Assembly (NCBI GenBank): GCA_963833985.1
Contig: CAWIAD010000001.1
Span: forward strand, 576,001 to 640,000
Origin: an uncultured Planctomycetaceae bacterium
Lineage (GTDB): Bacteria > Planctomycetota > Planctomycetia > Isosphaerales > Isosphaeraceae
Length of the DNA: 64,000 nt
Reading direction: 5' to 3'
Both the position numbers and the translations under genes were made by a program. The notes below the pieces were generated by a model. It did no database searches. It had not been told where the DNA came from and saw only the letters and a program-made list of their open reading frames with translations. Positions 1-9,002 of the stretch are shown piece by piece. Within the stretch, counting starts at the first letter, position 1; each line of letters opens with the position of its first letter.

Positions 1-845
1 ATGCCGTTGAGCACGGCGAGCGCCAGGCCGGTACCGAGCAAGAGTCCGTATCCGAATCGCTCGCCAAGGCGGCCGGCGGCATAGGCCAACCAGGGGAGGC
101 TCCAGTAACTCATGGCCAGGTCATAGCCCTGGGCCGAATGCACGATCACGCCGCCGTTGAGCCCGTACACGAGGGCCGCGGCCGCGGCTCCCCAGGGATC
201 CTTCAGCCAGCGGTGTGCCAGGCGGTAGGCCCCTTCGACAGCCAGGAACAGGCAGACGGCGGTCGCCAGGCCCAGACCCGGCGTCGTACCGAAGATCAGC
301 ACCAGGGGCGATGCGATCGACACCGCGCTGATCTGCGGATGCGAGGCCAGGGGAAATCCGCCCCGGCACCAGGGGTTCCACCAGGGAAATTGCCCCCAGT
401 GCACCACCGTCTGCCGCAGCGCCTCGTAATACTCCAGGTAAAAGTCCCAGTCGGCGAACCCCAGCCCGTCCGGGCTGTGCGTGAGCGGGATGACCAGGGA
501 CGCCACCGCCAGCCGCATGAGCCATGGCACCAGGCGGTCGGCAACCGCCGGCGCAGGAACATTGAGGGGCTCGGAGACCGGCCACGAGTCCGCCGGCCGT
601 ATGAGCCAGAGTCTGTACAGTCCGGCGGCGATCAGGGTCATCAGCGTGCCTTGACCCAGAGCGCGTCGCAGGGAATTTGGCAGGCTGAAGTACCAGGCCT
701 TGAACAGATCGACGGCCAGCGGGCCCAGGAAGATCGTGAACGAAACCAGCAACAGCAAGAGGATCGGCCGGTACGACCGTCGGTCGAACCAGGGACCAAG
801 CCAGCGCGCAAGCTTGAGCATCCGATCGCGCTGCTCCTGGTTCAT
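1..845 (-). CDS. Polytopic membrane protein, GT-C/YfhO-like glycosyltransferase candidate (runs off window start)
   Basis: Manual translation from ATG 845: MNQEQRDRMLKLARW...GFADWDFY...GQFPWWNPWCRGGFPLASHPQ. Open to position 1 with multiple hydrophobic helices. Absent from the ORF track because it has no stop codon in the window. Confidence 0.65.
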   Translation of the reverse strand, partial: MNQEQRDRMLKLARWLGPWFDRRSYRPILLLLLVSFTIFLGPLAVDLFKAWYFSLPNSLRRALGQGTLMTLIAAGLYRLWLIRPADSWPVSEPLNVPAPAVADRLVPWLMRLAVASLVIPLTHSPDGLGFADWDFYLEYYEALRQTVVHWGQFPWWNPWCRGGFPLASHPQISAVSIASPLVLIFGTTPGLGLATAVCLFLAVEGAYRLAHRWLKDPWGAAAAALVYGLNGGVIVHSAQGYDLAMSYWSLPWLAYAAGRLGERFGYGLLLGTGLALAVLNG

Positions 846-1088
846 GGTCACGACCTTGATGCGGTTACGTGCGGGTGGTGGGGTACCTCCGGTGTGCGGC
901 CCAAGCCGGGCCATCTTACCCGGAAGGCCACGAAAAGTCCCGGGCGCCGGAGCCTGCCGGCCCTTCGAAACTGCAACGGGGCGGCTCAGGGCCACCCCGT
1001 TCGTCGATCCTGGCCGCCATCTCCGGCGGGGCCAGCAGTCTTCCAGCATCAGGACGGCGACAGCCGCCGCCCACCCGTGCTGGTCTGG

Positions 1089-1544
1089 TTACTTCTTCTG
1101 TGCCGCGCCCACCTTGATCTGCCGCGGCTTGGCGGCCTCGGCCTTGGGCAGGGTGAGCGTGAGCACGCCGTGCTCGAAGTCCGCCTGGGCCTTGTCGGAA
1201 TCAACGGGGGCGGAGAGAGACAGCGAGCGCTGGAACACGCCGGTACGCCGTTCACGGAAATGCCAGTGCTCGTTCTGCTTCTCCTCTTCCACCTTCGACT
1301 CGCCGCGGATGGTGAGCGTATCGCCGTGCACCGTGATCTGGACGTCCTCGGGCTTGATGCCCGGAAGCGGGGCCTTGATCACGAAATCGTTCTCGGTCTC
1401 GCCCACGTCCAGCGGCAGGGCCAGGACACTGCCGTTCTGCCCGGGCGTGCCGCTGGGCCGGACGTAGCTCTCCTGGAGCAGCGAGTTCATGGCGTCACGC
1501 AGGCTGATCGCCTCGCGAAAAGGGTCCCATCGGTCAATGGACAT
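1089..1544 (-). CDS. Hsp20/alpha-crystallin small heat shock protein
   Basis: MSIDRWDPFRE...LPGIKPEDV...ERRTGVFQRSLSL...ADFEHGVLTLTLPK...PRQIKV; AAGGAG RBS upstream of ATG 1544. Confidence 0.95.
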   Translation of the reverse strand: MSIDRWDPFREAISLRDAMNSLLQESYVRPSGTPGQNGSVLALPLDVGETENDFVIKAPLPGIKPEDVQITVHGDTLTIRGESKVEEEKQNEHWHFRERRTGVFQRSLSLSAPVDSDKAQADFEHGVLTLTLPKAEAAKPRQIKVGAAQKK

Positions 1545-1606
1545 GGAAAATCTCCTTCGGGGTTGGGAGAGAAACCTCGTGTCTACCGGGAATCTCCAGC
1601 GCAACT

Positions 1607-2056
1607 TCATTGCGATGAACCTGTTCTCAGAGTGATCTTCTTGGGCCGGGCTTCCGGACTCTTCCTGAGCGTCATGCGGAGCATGCCGCTCTCCAGCGTG
1701 GCCTCCACATCGCTCGTGTCCACGGCTTCAGGGAGCGTCAAAACCCGCTCGAAGCGGCCGAATGACAGGCCGTTGTACAGGTAGCCGCGGTTCTCCGGCG
1801 GCTTGCGCTCGCCGCGAATGATCAGGGAGCCATTATGGACTGTCACCTCGACGTCGCTCTCGGTGACGCCGGGAAGCTCAACCTCCACGTAGAGATGATC
1901 GTCATCCTCCCACATTGCCAGGGGGAGCGCCGGCCACGGCTGACCCGGCTTACCGCCGTCCTCGCCGAAAACGCGGTCGAACAGGGAATCAAACCGGCCA
2001 AAAGGACTGGTGAAGAACGGGGCCGGAACCACACTTCTGCGCAAGACCGGGAACAT
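1607..2056 (-). CDS. Hsp20/alpha-crystallin small heat shock protein (second, tandem)
   Basis: ELPGV...GRFERVLTLPEAVD...ATLESGMLRMTLRK...PKKITL; GAGGAGG RBS before ATG 2056. Confidence 0.93.
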   Translation of the reverse strand: MFPVLRRSVVPAPFFTSPFGRFDSLFDRVFGEDGGKPGQPWPALPLAMWEDDDHLYVEVELPGVTESDVEVTVHNGSLIIRGERKPPENRGYLYNGLSFGRFERVLTLPEAVDTSDVEATLESGMLRMTLRKSPEARPKKITLRTGSSQ

Positions 2057-2170
2057 CGTGAAACCTCCTCTCGAACACCTCTGGTAAGCCGCCCACATAG
2101 AGAAACCGACCGTACGCGGTGCGCCGATCAGACCTCGCCGATCGACGCGTCACTCACGATCTTGATTGAA

Positions 2171-2186
2171 AGCAAGAGCCGTGCCG
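2171..2186 (-). promoter_or_regulatory. sigma54 (RpoN) -24/-12 promoter for the Hsp20 pair
   Basis: Minus strand CGGCACGGCTCTTGCT matches TGGCAC-N5-TTGC with exact GG-N10-GC spacing. Confidence 0.75.
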
Positions 2187-2200
2187 ATTGCGTTATCTAT

Positions 2201-2230
2201 TATGTAAGTCATTGGAATTAATAAAGTTAC
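2201..2230. promoter_or_regulatory. AT-rich IHF-like binding site
   Basis: TAAGTCATTG (reverse complement CAATGACTTA fits the CAA-N4-TTR core of the IHF consensus) lies between the sigma54 promoter and the upstream repeats. Confidence 0.5.
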
Positions 2231-2263
2231 GGAATAAAGTTCAGAATATAGAATCGCGCCATT

Positions 2264-2320
2264 CGCCAAAATGGCAGCTATTCCATTCTGCCATGAATGC
2301 CATATCGGCAGACTCTGGCA
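2264..2320. promoter_or_regulatory. Putative enhancer (UAS) for a sigma54 activator: repeated TGCCA-N3-TGGCA-like boxes
   Basis: CGCCAAAATGGCA (2264), TTCCATTCTGCCA (2281) and TGCCATATCGGCA (2298) at 17-bp spacing, plus a TGGCA half site ending at 2320. Confidence 0.5.
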
Positions 2321-2511
2321 TTCGTGCATTCTGACTGCCGAATACTGTGGTTGTTCGATGAGGCGGAACGCTTTCCTGGCAGGGCGAAGCACGTCCATTC
2401 CAGCGCCGGACCGTTGACGGATGATAGCGTGGGCGTCACCATAGCTTCCCTTCGACGTATTGACCGGCCCAGCACCTGCTGTCCCGACCCGCTCATGGAA
2501 GGATGACCCAA

Positions 2512-3843
2512 ATGCTTCTGGTGCAGCGATCCAGGCCCAGGCGATTCCGTTCCTGCCGAAGCTTCTTGCCGCCATTTCTCGAGACGGATCGGCTGGAGTC
2601 GCGCACGCTGCTCAGCTCGATCGCGGTCATTCAATGGTCGATGGCACCGCAGATCGCGCCGGACCCCGCGCACGGCAACGCGCCCGACCTGCCAAACACC
2701 CCGGAGTACGTGAACCCGCCCGGTGGTTACAACGTTTTGCTGGATGCCTCACACTCGGTGGGCATCCTGCCGGGCACAACGTTTTCCTGGACGGTCACGA
2801 ACCCAGGCGGCCAGGCCACGTCGCTCAGCGGTGAGCACCCGAACATCAACCTGCCACAGGCCACGTATTCCGTGCGGCTCACGGCCACCGGGCTTTCCGG
2901 CAAGAGCAGGCCGGTGTCCACTTCCACCAAGGTCCAGGTCAAGGACGTGCTCATCGTCTCGATCGGAGACTCCTACGCTTCGGGCGAAGGCAACCCGGTG
3001 GTCCCGAGCGCCACGGCTCCCCAGTGGGCCTATTCGCCCGACCCGGCGATGAACACCGAAAATGCGGACGCCCATCGCTCCACGATCGCCGGAGCGGCGC
3101 AGTTCGCGCTCCAGCTTCAGCAGAGCAACCCTCACGAGGCCGTCACGTTTGTCTCGGTGGCCGCGTCCGGAGCAAGCATTCCCGACGGCATCCTCGGCCC
3201 CATGCCGAGCATCGGCGACCCGACCTTCATGCTTCCCGCCCAGATCAGCGAGCTCGAGCAGATCATTGGCAGCCGGCACATCGACGTGCTTACCGTCACC
3301 GTGGGCGGTGACGACATTGGCTTCACCCCGATCATCCAGAACCTGATCAGCAACACGTACAGCGGCACCCCCACGCTCCAGGCGATCCAGAGCCAGTTCG
3401 ACACCGCGCTGGGCCAGTTGCCCGCCCACTACGCCGCGCTCGATCAGGCGATCCAGACCCTGGCCCCGAGCCAGGTACTGATCACGCAGTATCCGGACAT
3501 CACCCGCAATCAGAAGGGCCAGCCCGCCACCATCTTTGACGGCCTGATTCTGATCATCAGCAAGGCGGACGACCAGTTCGCGGCCGAGCAGATCATCCCG
3601 CCGCTGAACGCCGCCATCGCCAGCGCCGCGAGTACCTACAACTGGACGCTCGTGACAGGCCTCACGACCGACTTCCGCACCCACGGCTATCCGTCCACCA
3701 GCTCCTGGATCCGGTCCGTGCCCGCGTCGCTGGCGATGGAAGGAAGCGTCGACGGCTCGTTCCATCCCAACGCCCTGGGTCACCTCGATATCGCCAGGCA
3801 CCTGCTGGCCGCGTACAAGACGAACCTGCGCAAGCTGGGGTAA
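2512..3843 (+). CDS. Secreted SGNH/GDSL hydrolase with Planctomycete extracellular N-terminal motif and Ig/PKD-like domain
   Basis: DRLESRTLLS motif; IGDSYASGEG block I; VTVGGDD block III; SFHPN block V. Confidence 0.8.
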   Translation: MLLVQRSRPRRFRSCRSFLPPFLETDRLESRTLLSSIAVIQWSMAPQIAPDPAHGNAPDLPNTPEYVNPPGGYNVLLDASHSVGILPGTTFSWTVTNPGGQATSLSGEHPNINLPQATYSVRLTATGLSGKSRPVSTSTKVQVKDVLIVSIGDSYASGEGNPVVPSATAPQWAYSPDPAMNTENADAHRSTIAGAAQFALQLQQSNPHEAVTFVSVAASGASIPDGILGPMPSIGDPTFMLPAQISELEQIIGSRHIDVLTVTVGGDDIGFTPIIQNLISNTYSGTPTLQAIQSQFDTALGQLPAHYAALDQAIQTLAPSQVLITQYPDITRNQKGQPATIFDGLILIISKADDQFAAEQIIPPLNAAIASAASTYNWTLVTGLTTDFRTHGYPSTSSWIRSVPASLAMEGSVDGSFHPNALGHLDIARHLLAAYKTNLRKLG

Positions 3844-3873
3844 GTGGTGGGCGCGGGGCCTCGGGGTCGAGGG

Positions 3874-5524
3874 TCACCGCCCGGTCGATCGCGATAGCTC
3901 GCGTACGAGCGGACCGCAGCCAATGTGGTGCGCGCCTGCGCCCGAGATGGGCAGGTCCATGAACGAGACCAGCTTGCGCTCGCGCGGCTGGACCCACACC
4001 CACTGTGTGTACTTTTGATCGTCGACATTCAGCTCCACCTGGGCCAGACCCGCGTGCTCCCCGCCTGCCACGGTGGCGACGACGGTCGGCGGGGAGAGGG
4101 TCACGCTCAGGTCGACACAGTGCGCATCGACAAGCGTGACGTTCCGGAAGGGCGATCGCACCGCGTGCACGTCGCGCAAGACCATCGGCACAGGAGCCTC
4201 CGCGGGAAGCCGGAGGCCGTCGAGATCCAGCGTACCGACATGCTCGGCGATGATGGCGGGGCGGGCGTCGTCGCGTGCGACGGACAGCCGGACGTTCTGG
4301 AGTTCGAGCGATTCAAGGTTGCGGGCGTAGAGGCCCCAGGCCGGCAAGGGCCGCGCGTCGACGCCCGGCGCGCGGACCTCGCTCCGCGTCGGGTCGAGCT
4401 TCCCTCCGCCGCTGAATTCCAGGCTCACATCGCGCAGGCAGACGCGGCCGATGGGAGCCTTCGCCCAGCTTTCCAGGGAAGCGGCCGCCAGGTACGCGCC
4501 CGTGGCGGAGAGCCGGTCGATCCAGATGCGGCCGGCCAGGTTTCCCTCCTTGATCGAGAGGTGCAGGGGCGTGGTGACGTCGTGCATGGCGATGTCCGAG
4601 ATCTTGATGTCGTCGAGCGCCCCTTCCGTGGCCATCCAGGCGCCGGGCTGGAGGCAAAGGCCGGCCAGCATGTTGGTGCGGTGCTGCGCGCGACGTGCGG
4701 TGCTCATTACGCCCGGGGCCGTAGAACAGGCAGTCGTGGATCACCAGGTGCTGCGCCGGGGCGATGACGCGTATGCCGTTGCAGGAGGAGTTGATCACGC
4801 AGCCGGAGATGAGCGTGTCCTGCCAGTAGCCGCCGGCGATGCAGTCGTCGCCCGTGGAGAGATTGCAGCCGATGATCTGGACGTCGCGGCAGGGCTGGCC
4901 CTTGCGGCCGCGGAAGTGCACGCCGTCCCACCCGCCCGTGCATTCGACCCCGCGCACGAGCACCTGGCTGGTGCGCTCGAGCATCACCGCGTAATTGGCC
5001 GCGTCGCGAATCCGGATGTCGCGCAGGGTGATGTTCCGGCTGTCACCAAAGAGGACCGCGTGCGGCCCGCGCATGTGCTCCTCGCCACGCGCATCGAAGA
5101 CCTTGTTGCCGTTGATCTCGCCCGGCCCGACGATGCTCACGTTCTCGACCTGCACACCCAGCACCAGGGCCCGGTGCCAGCGGCTGCCCGTGCCGGGCTG
5201 GTGCTCCGGAGGGGTGTAACTCTCGTACTGGTCCAGGTCTGCCGTACCCACGAGCACCGCGCCCGCCTCGAGCAAGAGCGTGATGCCGCTCTTGAGCTGC
5301 ACCGTGCCGGTGAGATAGCGTCCCGGCGGCACGCGCACCTGGCCACCCCCGGCGCTCGCGCATGCCTCGATGGCCTTGTTGATGGCCGCCTTGTCAAGCG
5401 TGGTACCGTCGCCCCTGGCACCGTGATCGCGCACGTTCACGACCGTCGCGCTCTGGACCCATCCCGGCGCAGCCACCAGGGCAACCGCGGCGAAGAACAC
5501 GCGCACCAACCGAAAGCCGTTCAT
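3874..5524 (-). CDS. Glycoside hydrolase family 28 / pectin lyase-fold protein (frameshift near 4690)
   Basis: Signal peptide, VNVRDHGARGDG, AINKAI...GGGQVRVPPGRYLTG, DG...TGDDCI motifs. ORFs 4313..5614 and 3874..4707 join at HRTSR/AQHRTNML. Confidence 0.8.
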
Positions 5525-5879
5525 GGATACACCCCGATCCGTGCCCGCCGGGATGATCCCCACCGCGAACCTCGCCGGTCCGGGCTCTCCTCTGGTCGCT
5601 CCAGCGTGCAGCATAACAGACCGCCCGGTGGCATCAAGGCACCGGCAAGGCGGGCGGACATGTCGTACATTCCGAACCGGTTACAAGGCCACGAGCCTCG
5701 TTTTGGCGTGTCGCGAGGTCCCGCGCAGGTCGCGGCACGCAAGAGAACATGCCCCGGGAACATCAGGTACGACCGGGAGCCGGGCGTTTCTTGAAACCTC
5801 TGCGGGGTTGCGGGGTTATATTGGTGTGACGAGACTCGGCGGTGCGGGATTGTCCCGCGATCAGGATGGGAGCTCGCGG

Positions 5880-7402
5880 ATGAATCGCTGCCTGGAGATC
5901 CTGCTGGCGTTGTGGTGGGCGGGGGCAGGGGTAGGGACAGGGCCGGTTCGAGCGGAAGTCCCAACGTTTCATCGTGAGATCGCGCCCATCTTGTGGAAGC
6001 ACTGCGCGGGGTGCCACCGGCCGGGCGAGATCGGGCCGTTTTCACTGCTTGATTATCGCGATGCCGCCAAGCGGGCAGGCGACCTGGCGGAGGTCACGGC
6101 CGCCAAGCACATGCCTCCCTGGAAGCCGGAGCCGCATTTCGGCTCGTTCCTGGACGAGAGGACCCTGAGCGAGCGGGAGATCCGCCTCATCGCCGAATGG
6201 GCCCATGCCGGCGCTCCCGAGGGAGACGCCGGTGACAAGCAATCGCCGCCGAGCTTTCCCGACGGCTGGCAGCTTGGCACTCCCGACCTGGTGCTCAAGC
6301 CGGCCGAGCCGTTCGCGGTGCCGGCCGAAGGGGGCGACATCTATCGCTGCTTCGTGATCCCCATCCCCATCGATTCCAACCGGACGGTCGCCGGGGTGGA
6401 GTTCCGGCCGGGAAACCGTAAGGTGGTGCACCACGCGTTGCTCTTTCTCGACAACACCGGCGCCGCACGCCTCAGGGACACCCTCGACCCGGGCCCCGGC
6501 TACGCCAGCTTCGGCGGCCCCGGGGTCTTGCCCACGGGCGCTCTGGGCGGCTGGGCGCCCGGGGCCATGCCCCGGCCGCTACCCGAGGGCGTCGGCCGGT
6601 TCCTCCGCAAAGGGAGCGACCTCGTGCTCCAGATCCACTACCATCCCGATGGCAAGCCGGAGACCGATCAATCGGTCGTCGGCATCCACTTCTGCCGCAC
6701 ACCCGCCCGCAAGATTGTCGCCGGCGTCGCGGTCCGCAGCCGTGACCTGAACATCCCCGCGGGAGAGCAGCGGTATCACGTCGCGGCCCGGAGCGAGCCC
6801 TTGCCGGTGAACGTGCACGTCATCGGTATTGCGCCACACATGCACTACATCGGCAACGAGATGAAGGCCGTCGCCCGCACGCCCGACGGCAAGACCGTGC
6901 CGCTCATCTGGATCAAGGACTGGGACTTCAACTGGCAGGGCCAGTACCAGTACGCCACGCCCGTCGATCTTCCCAAAGGCTCGATCATCGAGCTCGACGC
7001 TTACTACGACAACTCGGCGGAGAACCCCCATAACCCCAGCAACCCACCCCGGCCCGTGCACTGGGGTTTGCAGACCACCGACGAGATGTGCCTGCTGGGC
7101 GTGCAGGTGGTGACCGACAGCCTGGACGACCTGCGGCAGATCGTCGCGCTGCGGGGGAACCGCATCGCGGCCTTCCTTGGCCGCCAGGGCGCGCCGGCGC
7201 AGTGCGGAAGGACTCCTTCGCCATCCCCGAGCGATTCAAGGACGTGCTCGGGAAATATGATTCCGACGGCGACGGCAGGCTAACCATGAAGGAAGTTGAT
7301 ACGATGCCTGAAGACCTGGCGCGGCGCGTGCGGCAGGCGATCCGGCAGCGGTTGGGTGCAGGCGGCACGGCGGCGCCGGCGCCGGCCGGGCCGGGCTCCT
7401 GA
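5880..7402 (+). CDS. Secreted copper type II ascorbate-dependent monooxygenase-like protein with CxxCH motif and C-terminal EF-hand (frameshift near 7190)
   Basis: CAGCH, MPPW, VVHH, QIHYH, PHMH, WDFNWQ and DEMC motifs; DSDGDGRLTMKE in the continuing frame (7088..7402). Confidence 0.75.
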
Positions 7403-7431
7403 GGGGCCTGGCGGACCCTACCCGCTCCGAG

Positions 7432-8811
7432 GTGTGCTGTCCGTCTCGTCTCGTCCCGCGCCGCGACGGCTGGAATGGAGGCAGCTTGCGCACGACGTTG
7501 AGCTTTGGTCTGGCAGGGATGGTGGCCGCGGCCGGATTTTTTTCGCACGCGGCGATCCTCTTCGGCTTTCCTGCCGGCGGGCTCATCGCGGCGCTCCTGA
7601 TGGGCGCCCGCACTCCCGGCCGCGGCTCCGGCCAGAGAATCGCGGCCATGCTCATTGCCATGGCGGGCTGGGGGCTGACCGGACTCATCGTCCTGTTCTC
7701 GCTCGTCAGCATGCAGGCGAGCATCGACCCGGCATGGGGAGCCATGGCCTGGGGGTTGGGATTCGGCACCGGCGGGGCCATTGCCGGCGGACCCTTGAGC
7801 CGGCTCTGGATGCCCGCCGGCAGCGACCTGGCGAAGGTTCCCTGGGGCGGTCCCATTGCAGGGCTGGCCTTCGCCGGCTCGGGCGCGATCAGCGGCTGCC
7901 TGGCGTTCCTGGGGTTCGCGAACCTGGGCGTGCACGGCCTGGCCGTCTGCGTCTGGCTCGCGTACCTGCTCGGTGGGCAGATCTGCGAGCGGGGCTGGAA
8001 CGCCAGCCTGCACTGGAGCCGTCAAGAGCGTGAAGTGCCTGGCACCACGGGCTATCGGATCGAGCCGCCCGCCCGCCCGGTACTGGCATCGGCCGATCGT
8101 CGTGCCCGCAAGGCCGCCACCTGGGCGGTCGCCGCTTGCTGCGTCCTGGTCCTGGTCCTGGTCAAGACGCGCTGGCCGATTCCCTGGCTGGATCTGATCT
8201 TGCTCACGGTCTGGCAGGTGCCGCTCATGATGCTGGGGCTGCGCGAAGTGACGTCGCAGGCGGTCTGCCTGCTGCTTGTCCTGGGCGCTCCCGCGCTGGT
8301 CTGGGGAATTGCCGCGCTTCGGTCCTCACGACAAGGTCCGGCAGCACTGACCGGGCGGAGCCGTCGCCACGCCATGCTAGGAGTTGTGGTCGGGGCGGCT
8401 TTCACCGTCCTCGCGATCCTTTTGCTCCTGCCTCCCGCGTCGGGCAGGTTCACGTTCCTGTACGGCAAGTTGCTCGTGGCCTCGGCACGATCCGCCAGTG
8501 AATGGGACCGGGGCAACCGCATCTACCAGGGGAACATTCTGATGGGCCGCGCCGCCTTGCGCAGCGGTGATCTCGCCACCGCACGCAGCTACCTGCTGGC
8601 CGCCGGACGCTCGCCCGGTTCGCCCCAGCTCGAGACCTTTGGCCCGGACATGGCACTCGCCCGCGAAATGCTTGCGGCCGGACAGAATCAACCTGTCCTG
8701 GAGTTTCTCGAGCTCTGCCACAGGTTCTGGAAGGCTGACGAGGGCCGGCTGGAGCGCTGGAAACGGGACATCCGGGAAGGCCGGGTCCCCGCTTTTGAGA
8801 GCGGGCGGTAG
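7432..8811 (+). CDS. Membrane protein with Gly-rich TM helices and C-terminal TPR-like helical domain
   Basis: Many hydrophobic segments, then GRAALRSGDLATARSYLLAAGRSPGSPQLETFGPDM; start uncertain. Confidence 0.6.
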   Translation: MCCPSRLVPRRDGWNGGSLRTTLSFGLAGMVAAAGFFSHAAILFGFPAGGLIAALLMGARTPGRGSGQRIAAMLIAMAGWGLTGLIVLFSLVSMQASIDPAWGAMAWGLGFGTGGAIAGGPLSRLWMPAGSDLAKVPWGGPIAGLAFAGSGAISGCLAFLGFANLGVHGLAVCVWLAYLLGGQICERGWNASLHWSRQEREVPGTTGYRIEPPARPVLASADRRARKAATWAVAACCVLVLVLVKTRWPIPWLDLILLTVWQVPLMMLGLREVTSQAVCLLLVLGAPALVWGIAALRSSRQGPAALTGRSRRHAMLGVVVGAAFTVLAILLLLPPASGRFTFLYGKLLVASARSASEWDRGNRIYQGNILMGRAALRSGDLATARSYLLAAGRSPGSPQLETFGPDMALAREMLAAGQNQPVLEFLELCHRFWKADEGRLERWKRDIREGRVPAFESGR

Positions 8812-8837
8812 CCGCTTGCCGGCTCCGGAGGAGGACG

Positions 8838-8940
8838 TAAATAGCTCCCCGTAAGAGGGAAAGTGTGGAACCGCCGCCCTCGGCCGTCCTGAGCCAGCCG
8901 AGGGCGGCTGGCCCACATTCCAAGAGGCGAGGATCTTTTA
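8838..8940. mobile_element. ~100-bp palindromic MITE/REP-like element, copy 1, flanked by TA
   Basis: TA-AATAGCTCC...GGATCTTT-TA. Near-identical to 18290..18393; internal hairpin GCCGCCCTCGGC/GCCGAGGGCGGC. Confidence 0.8.
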
Positions 8941-9002
8941 CTGCGAGTGGTCAGTGTCGCTGCCCGGAACGGACTTTCCCGGCGTGGCGGTCCCTGCTCG
9001 AC

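Noticed and set aside
138..1784. 548-aa plus-strand ORF
   Set aside because: Antisense shadow of the Hsp20 genes and the membrane-protein gene; no motifs.
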